Virus record (IMG/VR): IMGVR_UViG_3300007539_000009
Coordinates: 64,001 to 128,000 of that record
Length of the DNA: 64,000 nt
Strand: one strand, 5' to 3'
Source of the DNA: a virus
Of the stretch, positions 37,670 through 44,925 are shown one piece after another; within the stretch, counting starts at the first letter, position 1, and the number at the start of each line of letters is the position of its first letter. Position numbers and translations under genes: made by a program. The notes below the pieces were generated by a model, which did not search any database, was not told where the DNA came from, and saw only the letters and a program-made list of their open reading frames with translations.

Positions 37670-37917
37670 GTGATGTCGTGTGTAACTTTGACGAGGATGG
37701 GCTCCTGCGCCGCGGGGCATGTGGCGTAGTGCGTGAACTCGCGATCACCCACGACCAACGGCTTGGTGAACTCTGAGAACGGCATCTGGCCGTGATGCTG
37801 CTTACAGCGGGGGCAGTTGTTCGCTCGCAGCATGATGGTACCCGGCTTCACTCCGGCCTGCTGCAAAGTTCGGAACGCTTCCTGCGGGTCGAAGGGTGTA
37901 CGCATGGTGTGGGGCAT
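37666..37917 (-). CDS. Small zinc-ribbon-like protein
   Basis: NCPRCKQHH...HYATCP. Confidence 0.65.
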   Translation of the reverse strand: MPHTMRTPFDPQEAFRTLQQAGVKPGTIMLRANNCPRCKQHHGQMPFSEFTKPLVVGDREFTHYATCPAAQEPILVKVTHDIT

Positions 37918-38005
37918 AAGGGGTGTAGAAAAGCCATCACCAGTTGAAAGAACATACGCAAGGCGGAAAGAGAGCCACGTGTGTGGCCCTCGGGGTTGCG
38001 ACGGA

Positions 38006-38248
38006 TTAGCGCTGCTGCGCCTCCGCCATTGACATGAACTTGCTCACGGGCCCGACATACAGCATCTCGGGCTCCTCACGCGTGGCGTCCCACACGCGGA
38101 TCTCGTCGTCATCGGCACGAGCACGCAGGCGCAGGTAGACCGTGCCGTTGCACTTCATGGTGTACTCGTGAGACACCATGCTGTCAGCCAGGGCCACGTG
38201 GTACAGCCACTGGCGTACCGCCGAACGCTTGAGTACTTGCGAGATCAT
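38006..38248 (-). CDS. Hypothetical protein
   Basis: Likely start MISQV; ORF extends to 38326. Confidence 0.55.
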   Translation of the reverse strand: MISQVLKRSAVRQWLYHVALADSMVSHEYTMKCNGTVYLRLRARADDDEIRVWDATREEPEMLYVGPVSKFMSMAEAQQR

Positions 38249-38405
38249 TTGAGTGGTCACAATGTTCCTCTGCTGGGGGAAGCGGAAAGTGCCGGCTGCA
38301 TACCACGTTGGTACACAGGCCGGCACTTTACTCTTGCCATAAACAGCGACGATTTAAGCAGGCATCATGCTGCATTCGGACCCAGGATACTGCGCACTAC
38401 TGGTG

Positions 38406-38774
38406 TCAGGTGCTCTGCTCTGCCTCCAGCACCCGGTTGGTGATAGCGGTTACCACCAACGCAGCGTTGTTCATGGCTGCCAGCGCAGCGGCTACACGAG
38501 CGGTCTTGGTGTACTCGGTGTCGTTCTCGTCGATGTAGTCGATCAGCTGAACCTCGCGTTGCCCATTCATGAACATGTTCTGGACCTGCACGAAGGTCTC
38601 CTGCATTGCCCGCATCTGGAGCTCCTGCGCCATCTCACGCGTCAGCGGCTTCGGCAGGTCATCGAGCTTCTTGTCCACCTCAGCTAGCGCGGCTTCGAAG
38701 ATGGCTTGGGCTTCGGGGTTGGAGTACTCGTTCTCTTTCACGGGGTCTCTTCTGTCGTTGTTCTCGGGGGCCAT
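38406..38774 (-). CDS. Helical hypothetical protein
   Basis: ORF in gene train. Confidence 0.7.
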   Translation of the reverse strand: MAPENNDRRDPVKENEYSNPEAQAIFEAALAEVDKKLDDLPKPLTREMAQELQMRAMQETFVQVQNMFMNGQREVQLIDYIDENDTEYTKTARVAAALAAMNNAALVVTAITNRVLEAEQST

Positions 38775-38775
38775 T

Positions 38776-39042
38776 TCAGTTGCCTTTCAGTCTCTCGTCG
38801 TACTCAGCGGCCAGTCGGCACGCTTGCTTCTCCAGGTACTTGGCGGCTTCGATCAGCCGGGGGATGTAGGTGTCAGTGATGATCTCAGCAGCTTCTTTGT
38901 ATCCATTGGCTGCGAGGAAGCCCGCGCCTTGGTCGAGTACCTGCCGGCGACGATCGGCCTCCGCAGCTTTATCGAACAGCGCGCCGACCACCTCCTCCTT
39001 CTCCTTCTGGAGCGCTGCGCGGTTGGGGTGTAGTAGTGACAT
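38776..39042 (-). CDS. Helical hypothetical protein
   Basis: TGATG-coupled to upstream gene. Confidence 0.7.
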   Translation of the reverse strand: MSLLHPNRAALQKEKEEVVGALFDKAAEADRRRQVLDQGAGFLAANGYKEAAEIITDTYIPRLIEAAKYLEKQACRLAAEYDERLKGN

Positions 39043-39941
39043 CAGCTGTAGGTCCTGTAGAACACTTGGAGGTAGTCACCCGCACGGACAACAGCGCGGG
39101 ACTGGGTGAGGACGAGGGCAGCGCCGTTGGCTGCCACGGTGTAGTCGAAAGGGCGCATCAGCGCCAAGTTGTTGTGAAGTACGATCAGCCTGTCATTGAC
39201 TGATCGTGGTGCTAACCGGAACCGCAGTGATTGGTTGAGCTGATCAAGCCCACTGCGAGGTGTCACGCAGATGCGTGTGTAGGCCCACTTGGTGTTGATC
39301 CGGGCTACACGCTCAGCGACTGTCTCCCCTTCATACAACCAACCAGTAAAGAAGAACTGGTCATTGGAGGGGATGCCGAAGTCGTAGGGGTTGCCGCTCG
39401 CGAAGAACAGCACCCCTGTCGACGGATCAAACAACGGCCCAGAAGGGTGGTTCTCCTGGAGCTCAGTGGTTGGAGCAGACGTACCATGCCACAGGCGAGC
39501 ACTGTACGTCTGTCCGTTCGCATTGGGTGTCTGGTTAGGACCATCTACCCAGCCATCTAAGAAGCCGATGCCAGGTGGCTTGGTTGCCCAAGGCTGGTCA
39601 TCAGCGCTGTCACCATCAACCAAGATCCAAGCACGGTTGTCAGGCACTGAGGGGACCTGTGAAAACCCCAAACTATCAATCGGAGGTATCTGATCATCTC
39701 CGAAGCGCCTAACAAGACCATTAGAGACACCATCATCCAGTGTGGGCGGTGGTACCTCGAGCTCTTGACCGATCATCAGCTCAGGAGCCGTGATGTAGTG
39801 AGAAGGCAGCGCGGAGCTTCTCCTCGTGACTACAGCCGGATCCTCACCAGGCAAGAACGTGCTACTGGTGTGCGATTGGTTGAGCAGCCGCTTTGTCAGC
39901 TGACTCAACCACTCCTGGTACTGATCGGTGAACGTGGCCAT
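39042..39941 (-). CDS. Probable virion structural protein, paralog B
   Basis: Colinear similarity to 19830-20744 (MATFT, KRLLN, PGEDPA, LPSH, PSVPDNR, GFLD.WVDG, P.HP.GPL.DPSTG). Confidence 0.75.
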   Translation of the reverse strand: MATFTDQYQEWLSQLTKRLLNQSHTSSTFLPGEDPAVVTRRSSALPSHYITAPELMIGQELEVPPPTLDDGVSNGLVRRFGDDQIPPIDSLGFSQVPSVPDNRAWILVDGDSADDQPWATKPPGIGFLDGWVDGPNQTPNANGQTYSARLWHGTSAPTTELQENHPSGPLFDPSTGVLFFASGNPYDFGIPSNDQFFFTGWLYEGETVAERVARINTKWAYTRICVTPRSGLDQLNQSLRFRLAPRSVNDRLIVLHNNLALMRPFDYTVAANGAALVLTQSRAVVRAGDYLQVFYRTYS

Positions 39942-39958
39942 ACCCTCAGTGTCTTGGC

Positions 39959-40096
39959 TCAGCGCAAGCCGAGCGCTTCCTCGGCCGCGAGTTCTGCCTC
40001 TTCATAGCCAGACGCTGTCATCTGCGCGGCTAGCACAGCTGCTTCTAGTCGCTTGACTTGAGCATCAGTCGTCGCGGGTTTCTCGGGTTGTAGCAT
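39959..40096 (-). CDS. Small hypothetical protein (45 aa), not in ORF track
   Basis: MLQPEKPATTDAQVKRLEAAVLAAQMTASGYEEAELAAEEALGLR fills the gap. Confidence 0.5.
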   Translation of the reverse strand: MLQPEKPATTDAQVKRLEAAVLAAQMTASGYEEAELAAEEALGLR

Positions 40097-40274
40097 CGTC
40101 GTTGGCTTGTACAGAAACGCGACGGCCACAACGGCCATCGCTTGATGTCACTTGGTTACCGCACCGTGCGCAGCGGTAGCGCGGCCCGCAGGCAGCGCCT
40201 CCGCACATGGTGAACACTTCGGGCTGGTTGAACTCGAACTCGAGCTGTGTGTAGCTGTTGGATGAGTAGCTCAT
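40065..40274 (-). CDS. Small Cys-rich protein
   Basis: CGGAAC...CARCG...C; ATGA overlap upstream. Confidence 0.55.
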   Translation of the reverse strand: MSYSSNSYTQLEFEFNQPEVFTMCGGAACGPRYRCARCGNQVTSSDGRCGRRVSVQANDDATTRETRDD

Positions 40275-40351
40275 TCGACGATGTCCAGAAGGTCAAGGAG
40301 CAGGTAGGTCACTACAAGAATGGCCGCTGCCCAGAGGATCGCACAGACCAT
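40271..40351 (-). CDS. Putative 26-aa membrane peptide
   Basis: MVCAILWAAAILVVTYLLLDLLDIVE; stop forms ATGA overlap with next gene. Confidence 0.35.
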   Translation of the reverse strand: MVCAILWAAAILVVTYLLLDLLDIVE

Positions 40352-40468
40352 ACACCCAGTGTTGGCTAAAGAAAGAACAGAGGGCTCTCCCACTCGCGAC
40401 GAGCGAGTGAAAGAACCCTCATAGATCTCATGCCAGGACGGTGACCCTTCCGAAACGGTACGACGACA

Positions 40469-40645
40469 TCAATCCCTCCATCCTTGGCCGTGGAACAGAT
40501 GGCGGCACCGATGGGCGAAGACACTCCACAGCAACCCCACCAAGGTATTTGCAGAGTAGCTTCCTTCCGCCACCACTAGGTGATAGCGGTACTCGCGGGT
40601 GTTGAACGGCTGCCTCTTGTACAGCTCCTGACTTACCTCATCCAT
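40469..40645 (-). CDS. Small hypothetical protein (58 aa), not in ORF track
   Basis: MDEVSQELYKRQPFN...GWRD; start overlaps upstream stop. Confidence 0.5.
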   Translation of the reverse strand: MDEVSQELYKRQPFNTREYRYHLVVAEGSYSANTLVGLLWSVFAHRCRHLFHGQGWRD

Positions 40646-41051
40646 TTGAGACTGCTTTCTGCTCGCAGAGCTTGGCGAGCTCTTGGTGTACGTCGATAGC
40701 GGTGTAGCCGTCCTTGGTGACGTGGAAGCCTACGCCGTAGGCGTCGAGGCCACGACTGTCCCAGCTAACCTCTTGGAAGCAGATGTTGCCCAGAATGTCG
40801 AACTCAAACATGTAGCGCTGCAGCCACTCAGCCGCATGCGCACCTTCCAGTCCCTCAGTGCTGGCGTGTGCGCCGATCAGCACCTCGTTTGGGTTGTTGA
40901 TTTGCACGTCGAAGCACAGCTCGTGCTCAGCGCGCACGTCGTACTCGAAGCTGTAGAGCTCAATCTTCTTGCGCACGTCGTCCCACCACTCTGTCTGCTC
41001 GTCTGTCAGGTTGATGAGGGACACGTTGAACTGCACATAGGTATCAGACAC
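40638..41051 (-). CDS. Acidic hypothetical protein
   Basis: 137 aa ORF. Confidence 0.7.
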   Translation of the reverse strand: MSDTYVQFNVSLINLTDEQTEWWDDVRKKIELYSFEYDVRAEHELCFDVQINNPNEVLIGAHASTEGLEGAHAAEWLQRYMFEFDILGNICFQEVSWDSRGLDAYGVGFHVTKDGYTAIDVHQELAKLCEQKAVSNG

Positions 41052-41331
41052 GTCTACGCTCCTGCTGCTGCTGCTTCAGTGCCCAGCCGATGATCTGCGT
41101 GCGGCCAGAGGGCCGGGACCGTAGCCACAGGCGTACACCCACTGCGTATGCCACCGCTATCAGCCCAACGAGGGCCCATCCGCCTGCAGCTCGAGTGAGC
41201 CAGCCGACGATCAGCGCAACTGCAGTAGCAAGCGCCAGCATCGACACAGTCAGGACAACGGTGGTATCGAAATCAGTCGCGCGCAGAGCAGTACTTCGCA
41301 CGCGCGGTGTAGAGCTTGTTGAGTATCTCAT
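41044..41331 (-). CDS. Small membrane protein (two hydrophobic helices); true start probably downstream
   Basis: MLALATAVALIVGWL and WALVGLIAVAYAVGV. Confidence 0.55.
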   Translation of the reverse strand: MRYSTSSTPRVRSTALRATDFDTTVVLTVSMLALATAVALIVGWLTRAAGGWALVGLIAVAYAVGVRLWLRSRPSGRTQIIGWALKQQQQERRRV

Positions 41332-41500
41332 CGTCTTCCACGTTGGGGTCTAAGAAAAAGCAAGCGAGCCCATCGACGTCTGACTTAGCCGTCGTGAGCC
41401 CGCAGTTGATAATCAGTTGATTGAAGCGCCAGTCTGGGTTGGTAGCCCAGATGTCTTTAATGAGGCCGAGCACTTCATCGATGCGCTTGGGATCGCGCAT
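41273..41500 (-). CDS. Conserved phage hypothetical protein
   Basis: MRDPKRID..L..IK.IW..NPDWRF.QL motif. Confidence 0.75.
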   Translation of the reverse strand: MRDPKRIDEVLGLIKDIWATNPDWRFNQLIINCGLTTAKSDVDGLACFFLDPNVEDDEILNKLYTARAKYCSARD

Positions 41501-41584
41501 CAGTCTTTCAGCTTGTCGTAGACGCTGGTGATGTAGGCAGGGTCAGCTGCCTTGTGCGTGTCACGTCGACGACGACGTCCAGCG

Positions 41585-41968
41585 CTACCGCTCCTCTTCT
41601 TCAGCGGTACCAGCCTCCCATTCCGTCGCTTGTTGGAGGGCGTCTTTTTCGAGGGCATCAGCTTTGTCTCGTAGAGCAGTAACTATGAGCTCGAGATCCT
41701 GCTCGTTGATCTCTCGAGTTCCGGGAATAAGTAGATGCGATGCTAGCGCGCGCAAACCTGATGGGTCAACGCCCACCATGGCGCGACGAGCGAACATGCG
41801 ACGCTGGCGTTCTCGATAGAGAGCGAACGACTTGCGGTGCTCATTGATTAGGTACTCGATTGCGATGTCAGGCGAATCGAGCCGCGCCTCCGTCACCCTA
41901 TCGTTATCACCGATCGGGTGCGGGTTGAACTTAGCCTCTATCTCTTGAAGGATGGATTCAAGGATCAT
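41585..41968 (-). CDS. Hypothetical protein
   Basis: ATGA-coupled ORF. Confidence 0.65.
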   Translation of the reverse strand: MILESILQEIEAKFNPHPIGDNDRVTEARLDSPDIAIEYLINEHRKSFALYRERQRRMFARRAMVGVDPSGLRALASHLLIPGTREINEQDLELIVTALRDKADALEKDALQQATEWEAGTAEEEER

Positions 41969-42204
41969 TGTTCTGATTGCGGTGGTCGAACTGCTGGCCG
42001 CTTAGGTGCACCTAACGTTGCATCCGCAGCATCCTGAGCTTTTCGTAGCGTAGAGAGCGCATGCTCCAGTTCGACCACACGCCTTAGCAGTCGTACGCTT
42101 GCTGAGATCGTGCGCACCTGTCGCCTGATCACGTGGTTATCCACGATCAGCCACACAGCAAGCAGCACAAGCACAACCAGCACCCATACCTGAGGATCAT
42201 CCAT
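41965..42204 (-). CDS. Small membrane protein with coiled coil
   Basis: VWVLVVLVLLAVWLIV. Confidence 0.65.
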   Translation of the reverse strand: MDDPQVWVLVVLVLLAVWLIVDNHVIRRQVRTISASVRLLRRVVELEHALSTLRKAQDAADATLGAPKRPAVRPPQSEQ

Positions 42205-42449
42205 CAGCTCACAGCCTCAGCAGGTTCGATGAGCTGCAGCAGGACCTTGATGTCCTTGCCCTCTTTGATGGCTGTCTTGAGTGCGTACAGCTCATCAGCC
42301 AAGGCATCGCGCTCCTTTTCAGCGTCGATGCAGCGCTGCTTGAGGTGTTCGAAGTTCTTCATGCCCAATGCCAGATTCTGCTGTGCTTCAGTAAGCGACA
42401 GAAGGACTTGGCGGTGGTGCTGGGCAGCGGTGGCGGGATATTGCTTCAT
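42204..42449 (-). CDS. Coiled-coil hypothetical protein
   Basis: TGATG-coupled. Confidence 0.65.
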   Translation of the reverse strand: MKQYPATAAQHHRQVLLSLTEAQQNLALGMKNFEHLKQRCIDAEKERDALADELYALKTAIKEGKDIKVLLQLIEPAEAVS

Positions 42450-42455
42450 GGATGG

Positions 42456-42917
42456 TTACTGTTCGGGTTCGTCTACACCGAGGACAGGCTGCCGTCCGAA
42501 CCAGTCAAGCTGCGGTGTCTTGTACGTGCTTGCGACGTCACGACGTTCCAAGCTGTCGAGCATGCCGTACGCCGCAGCGCGCACTCGCATGCTATCCTCG
42601 GTCTCGTAAACTCCGCGACAATGCGTGACCACTTGCTGCACCGCGTCACGAAGATTGGACTCAGTGCTGTGCGTGATCACGTAATCGTCTTGATCGATCA
42701 GGATCCGACCTTCACCGGTGATCCTGTACTTGCCGTGCTTGTTGCGCTCGGCGAGCCACAGGTCTTCAAGCCTGCGGCACCACGGTTGAGCCCAGGATCC
42801 GGGCGAACGCACTGAGCACATGTGCTCGAGCTTCCTGCCTATCTCTGTCGGCGACATGAACACTTCCTCTTTGGCGAGCAAGTGCAGAATCTGGTGCATG
42901 GGGAGAGTTAGCCGCAT
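42456..42917 (-). CDS. Hypothetical protein with winged-helix-like N-terminus
   Basis: ILHLLAKE...MSPTEIGRKL...CRRLEDLWLAERNKHGKYRITGEG. Confidence 0.6.
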   Translation of the reverse strand: MRLTLPMHQILHLLAKEEVFMSPTEIGRKLEHMCSVRSPGSWAQPWCRRLEDLWLAERNKHGKYRITGEGRILIDQDDYVITHSTESNLRDAVQQVVTHCRGVYETEDSMRVRAAAYGMLDSLERRDVASTYKTPQLDWFGRQPVLGVDEPEQ

Positions 42918-42928
42918 GTTGTATACCT

Positions 42929-42959
42929 AAAGAAATGGCCGAGGCGTGAGGCCCCGGCC
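42929..42959 (-). terminator. Intrinsic terminator
   Basis: GGCCGGGGC [CUCAC] GCCUCGGCC followed by AUUUCUUU, just after stop at 42965. Confidence 0.75.
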
Positions 42960-42964
42960 GCGTA

Positions 42965-43399
42965 TCAAAGATCGTCGAGCTCGTCCACGAGGTCATCTAC
43001 TGCCGCGCTGATCACAGCGGCAAGCTCCTCGTCTTCCTCATCCTCCTCATCCTCGATCTCGATGTCCTCGCGTGCAGGGATGCGTGTGGCGTGGCCGTGC
43101 TCTTCGAGCTGCACGTTCACCAGGTCAATGGTCTTGTCCCAGAGCTGCAAGAAGCGCTTGCCATCTTTGACAATGCTCTGCGGTTCCTGGTCTACGAGCC
43201 AACGCAGCTGCGTGTTGATGGCATTGGTGATCGCTGACTTCCAGTTGCTGTGGTACGCGTGATCACGCCACACCTCTTCACCTTCGTTGGTGAGTGCGCT
43301 GCGTGTGATCACGATTTGGTGCTTATCACACTTGAACCCGACCTTGAACACGTAGTCGTCGGGGTAGTCAACTCTCTTCGGTCGTCGTCCCTTGGGCAT
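42965..43399 (-). CDS. Hypothetical protein with long acidic tail
   Basis: C-terminal EDIEIEDEEDEEDEE...DDLVDELDDL. Confidence 0.75.
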   Translation of the reverse strand: MPKGRRPKRVDYPDDYVFKVGFKCDKHQIVITRSALTNEGEEVWRDHAYHSNWKSAITNAINTQLRWLVDQEPQSIVKDGKRFLQLWDKTIDLVNVQLEEHGHATRIPAREDIEIEDEEDEEDEELAAVISAAVDDLVDELDDL

Positions 43400-43619
43400 C
43401 CTGTACTTCTCCGATAATGGCAGGTTCTTTGAAACGATCAGCGATGGCCTGAGTGGGGACCATGACGTTGATCACACGAATGGGCTCTCGGTACTGCGCG
43501 CGCACCTCTTGCATGTAGATCTCGAAGGTACCCTCGCACTTAGAGATCAACGATTCGTCATACACACGCACAGGCTTGATGGTGCCGAACTCGGCGGCAA
43601 ACACGATACGTAGATTCAT
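43368..43619 (-). CDS. Hypothetical protein
   Basis: 83 aa ORF. Confidence 0.65.
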   Translation of the reverse strand: MNLRIVFAAEFGTIKPVRVYDESLISKCEGTFEIYMQEVRAQYREPIRVINVMVPTQAIADRFKEPAIIGEVQDAQGTTTEES

Positions 43620-43912
43620 GGCTTCGGGCCGTACAGGAAGTGATGAGCGCGTTGCGCCCAGCCTTCAGGTGGCTCAAACGGGCCGCGTCGAGCTTCGGCC
43701 CAGGCTTCTGGTTGTGTCTTTCACCACGTCATGGTTGCCTTGTCTTGTGTGGCACCAGACAGTGGCTGAAGGCGTGCGCAGTAGTTGGCGGTCTCCTCTA
43801 CCGCATCGGGGTAGATGCGCATCTCGACTAATGCGCACGAGAGCATCGAGTGATCACCCGGACGCGGGCCGTCGGACTCGATGTCAAGGAAGACCCACCG
43901 CTGGTCAAACAA
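43616..43912 (-). pseudogene. DEDD-type 3'-5' exonuclease fragment interrupted by in-frame TGA at 43721-43723
   Basis: VFLDIESDGPRPGDHSMLS (Exo I motif); reads MTW*KTQPEAW; frame continues 35 codons to an ATGA overlap at 43616-43619. Confidence 0.7.
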
Positions 43913-43974
43913 CGAGTCGCTCGTGTTGTCGCCTAGTAGGTATAAAGAACGGTCAGCTTACTTATGCCACGTCC

Positions 43975-44328
43975 TCAAACAGCTCTGGCGTAGCCCCGCC
44001 ACGCAGCTGCCTTGAGAAAGTGATCTTGAGCATTTTCCACATTTCCGTCGTTGTCGACTTTTGAAAAATCGTGGTGCCCTTTGACGTGCTGGTTGAGGAA
44101 CTTGCCTTTGCTCTTCGCACCCATCATCTGTGTGTGCTTGTGCTTAGGCACGTTGTCGTACTCGTACACGCCGCCGCTGTTGAAGCGCACCGTCATGGCC
44201 CTGCGCTCGGGCTCGTACTTCACCGCCTCGATGTTCGAGGACTGCACGTTCTCGAACTCGCCTTTGGGGGCAGTGCTGCGGCGAAAGTAACCGCGAGCCC
44301 AGTCAATGATCCCTGCTTGTTTCTGCAC
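43975..44328 (-). CDS. KTSC-domain protein
   Basis: VQSSNIEAVKYE...MTVRFNSGGVYEYDNVP...GAKSKGKFLNQHVKG. Confidence 0.9.
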   Translation of the reverse strand: MQKQAGIIDWARGYFRRSTAPKGEFENVQSSNIEAVKYEPERRAMTVRFNSGGVYEYDNVPKHKHTQMMGAKSKGKFLNQHVKGHHDFSKVDNDGNVENAQDHFLKAAAWRGYARAV

Positions 44329-44331
44329 GGA

Positions 44332-44925
44332 TCAAAGGTAGCGCATCACCCAGTTGCGGCTGTCGTCGACCTGCGCTAACACCTTGCGGCCACCCACTGA
44401 GCGCAGCAGGATGCCGTCACCGTTGCCGAGGCCCTCGAAGGCGATGTTATCACCCTGGTCCTGCACCACAACCTTCTCGCGCAGCTCCGCAGGCACGGAT
44501 GTGTGCGGGATCTCGAACAGGAAGGAGAACAAGTTCTCTGAGAGGCTCGTGGAGTAGGTCACGATGCGCACCTGCGTGCTCGAGACCTCTTCGTAGTGCA
44601 GGTAAGACGGCACTGCCAAGAAGCTAGGATCCTGGATCGTGGTGTCCCTGTCCAGGATGCGCAGCCAGTGGTTGATGCCGCCCGTCACTTTTCGCAATGA
44701 CACCTGCAGCTGGTTGATACCGACTAAGTAGCTGAAGGTGTCGAGGGTGACCAGGTAGTTGCCTGACCCCTCATCGACGACGTTGGTCGCTGAGTCGAGC
44801 CGGATGATCTCCCGTTTGCCTGCTTCTGACCCTAAGAAGCGCGAGGCGTCAGCGTTGGTGCTGACCTTGTCGTAGAAGCCTGACAGCTCCTGTGTGCCGG
44901 CTCGTTGCGGTTGGATAATGCTCAT
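44332..44925 (-). CDS. Probable virion structural protein
   Basis: 197 aa, coupled to tail gene; SYLVGINQLQV...HYEEVSSTQVRI module. Confidence 0.65.
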   Translation of the reverse strand: MSIIQPQRAGTQELSGFYDKVSTNADASRFLGSEAGKREIIRLDSATNVVDEGSGNYLVTLDTFSYLVGINQLQVSLRKVTGGINHWLRILDRDTTIQDPSFLAVPSYLHYEEVSSTQVRIVTYSTSLSENLFSFLFEIPHTSVPAELREKVVVQDQGDNIAFEGLGNGDGILLRSVGGRKVLAQVDDSRNWVMRYL

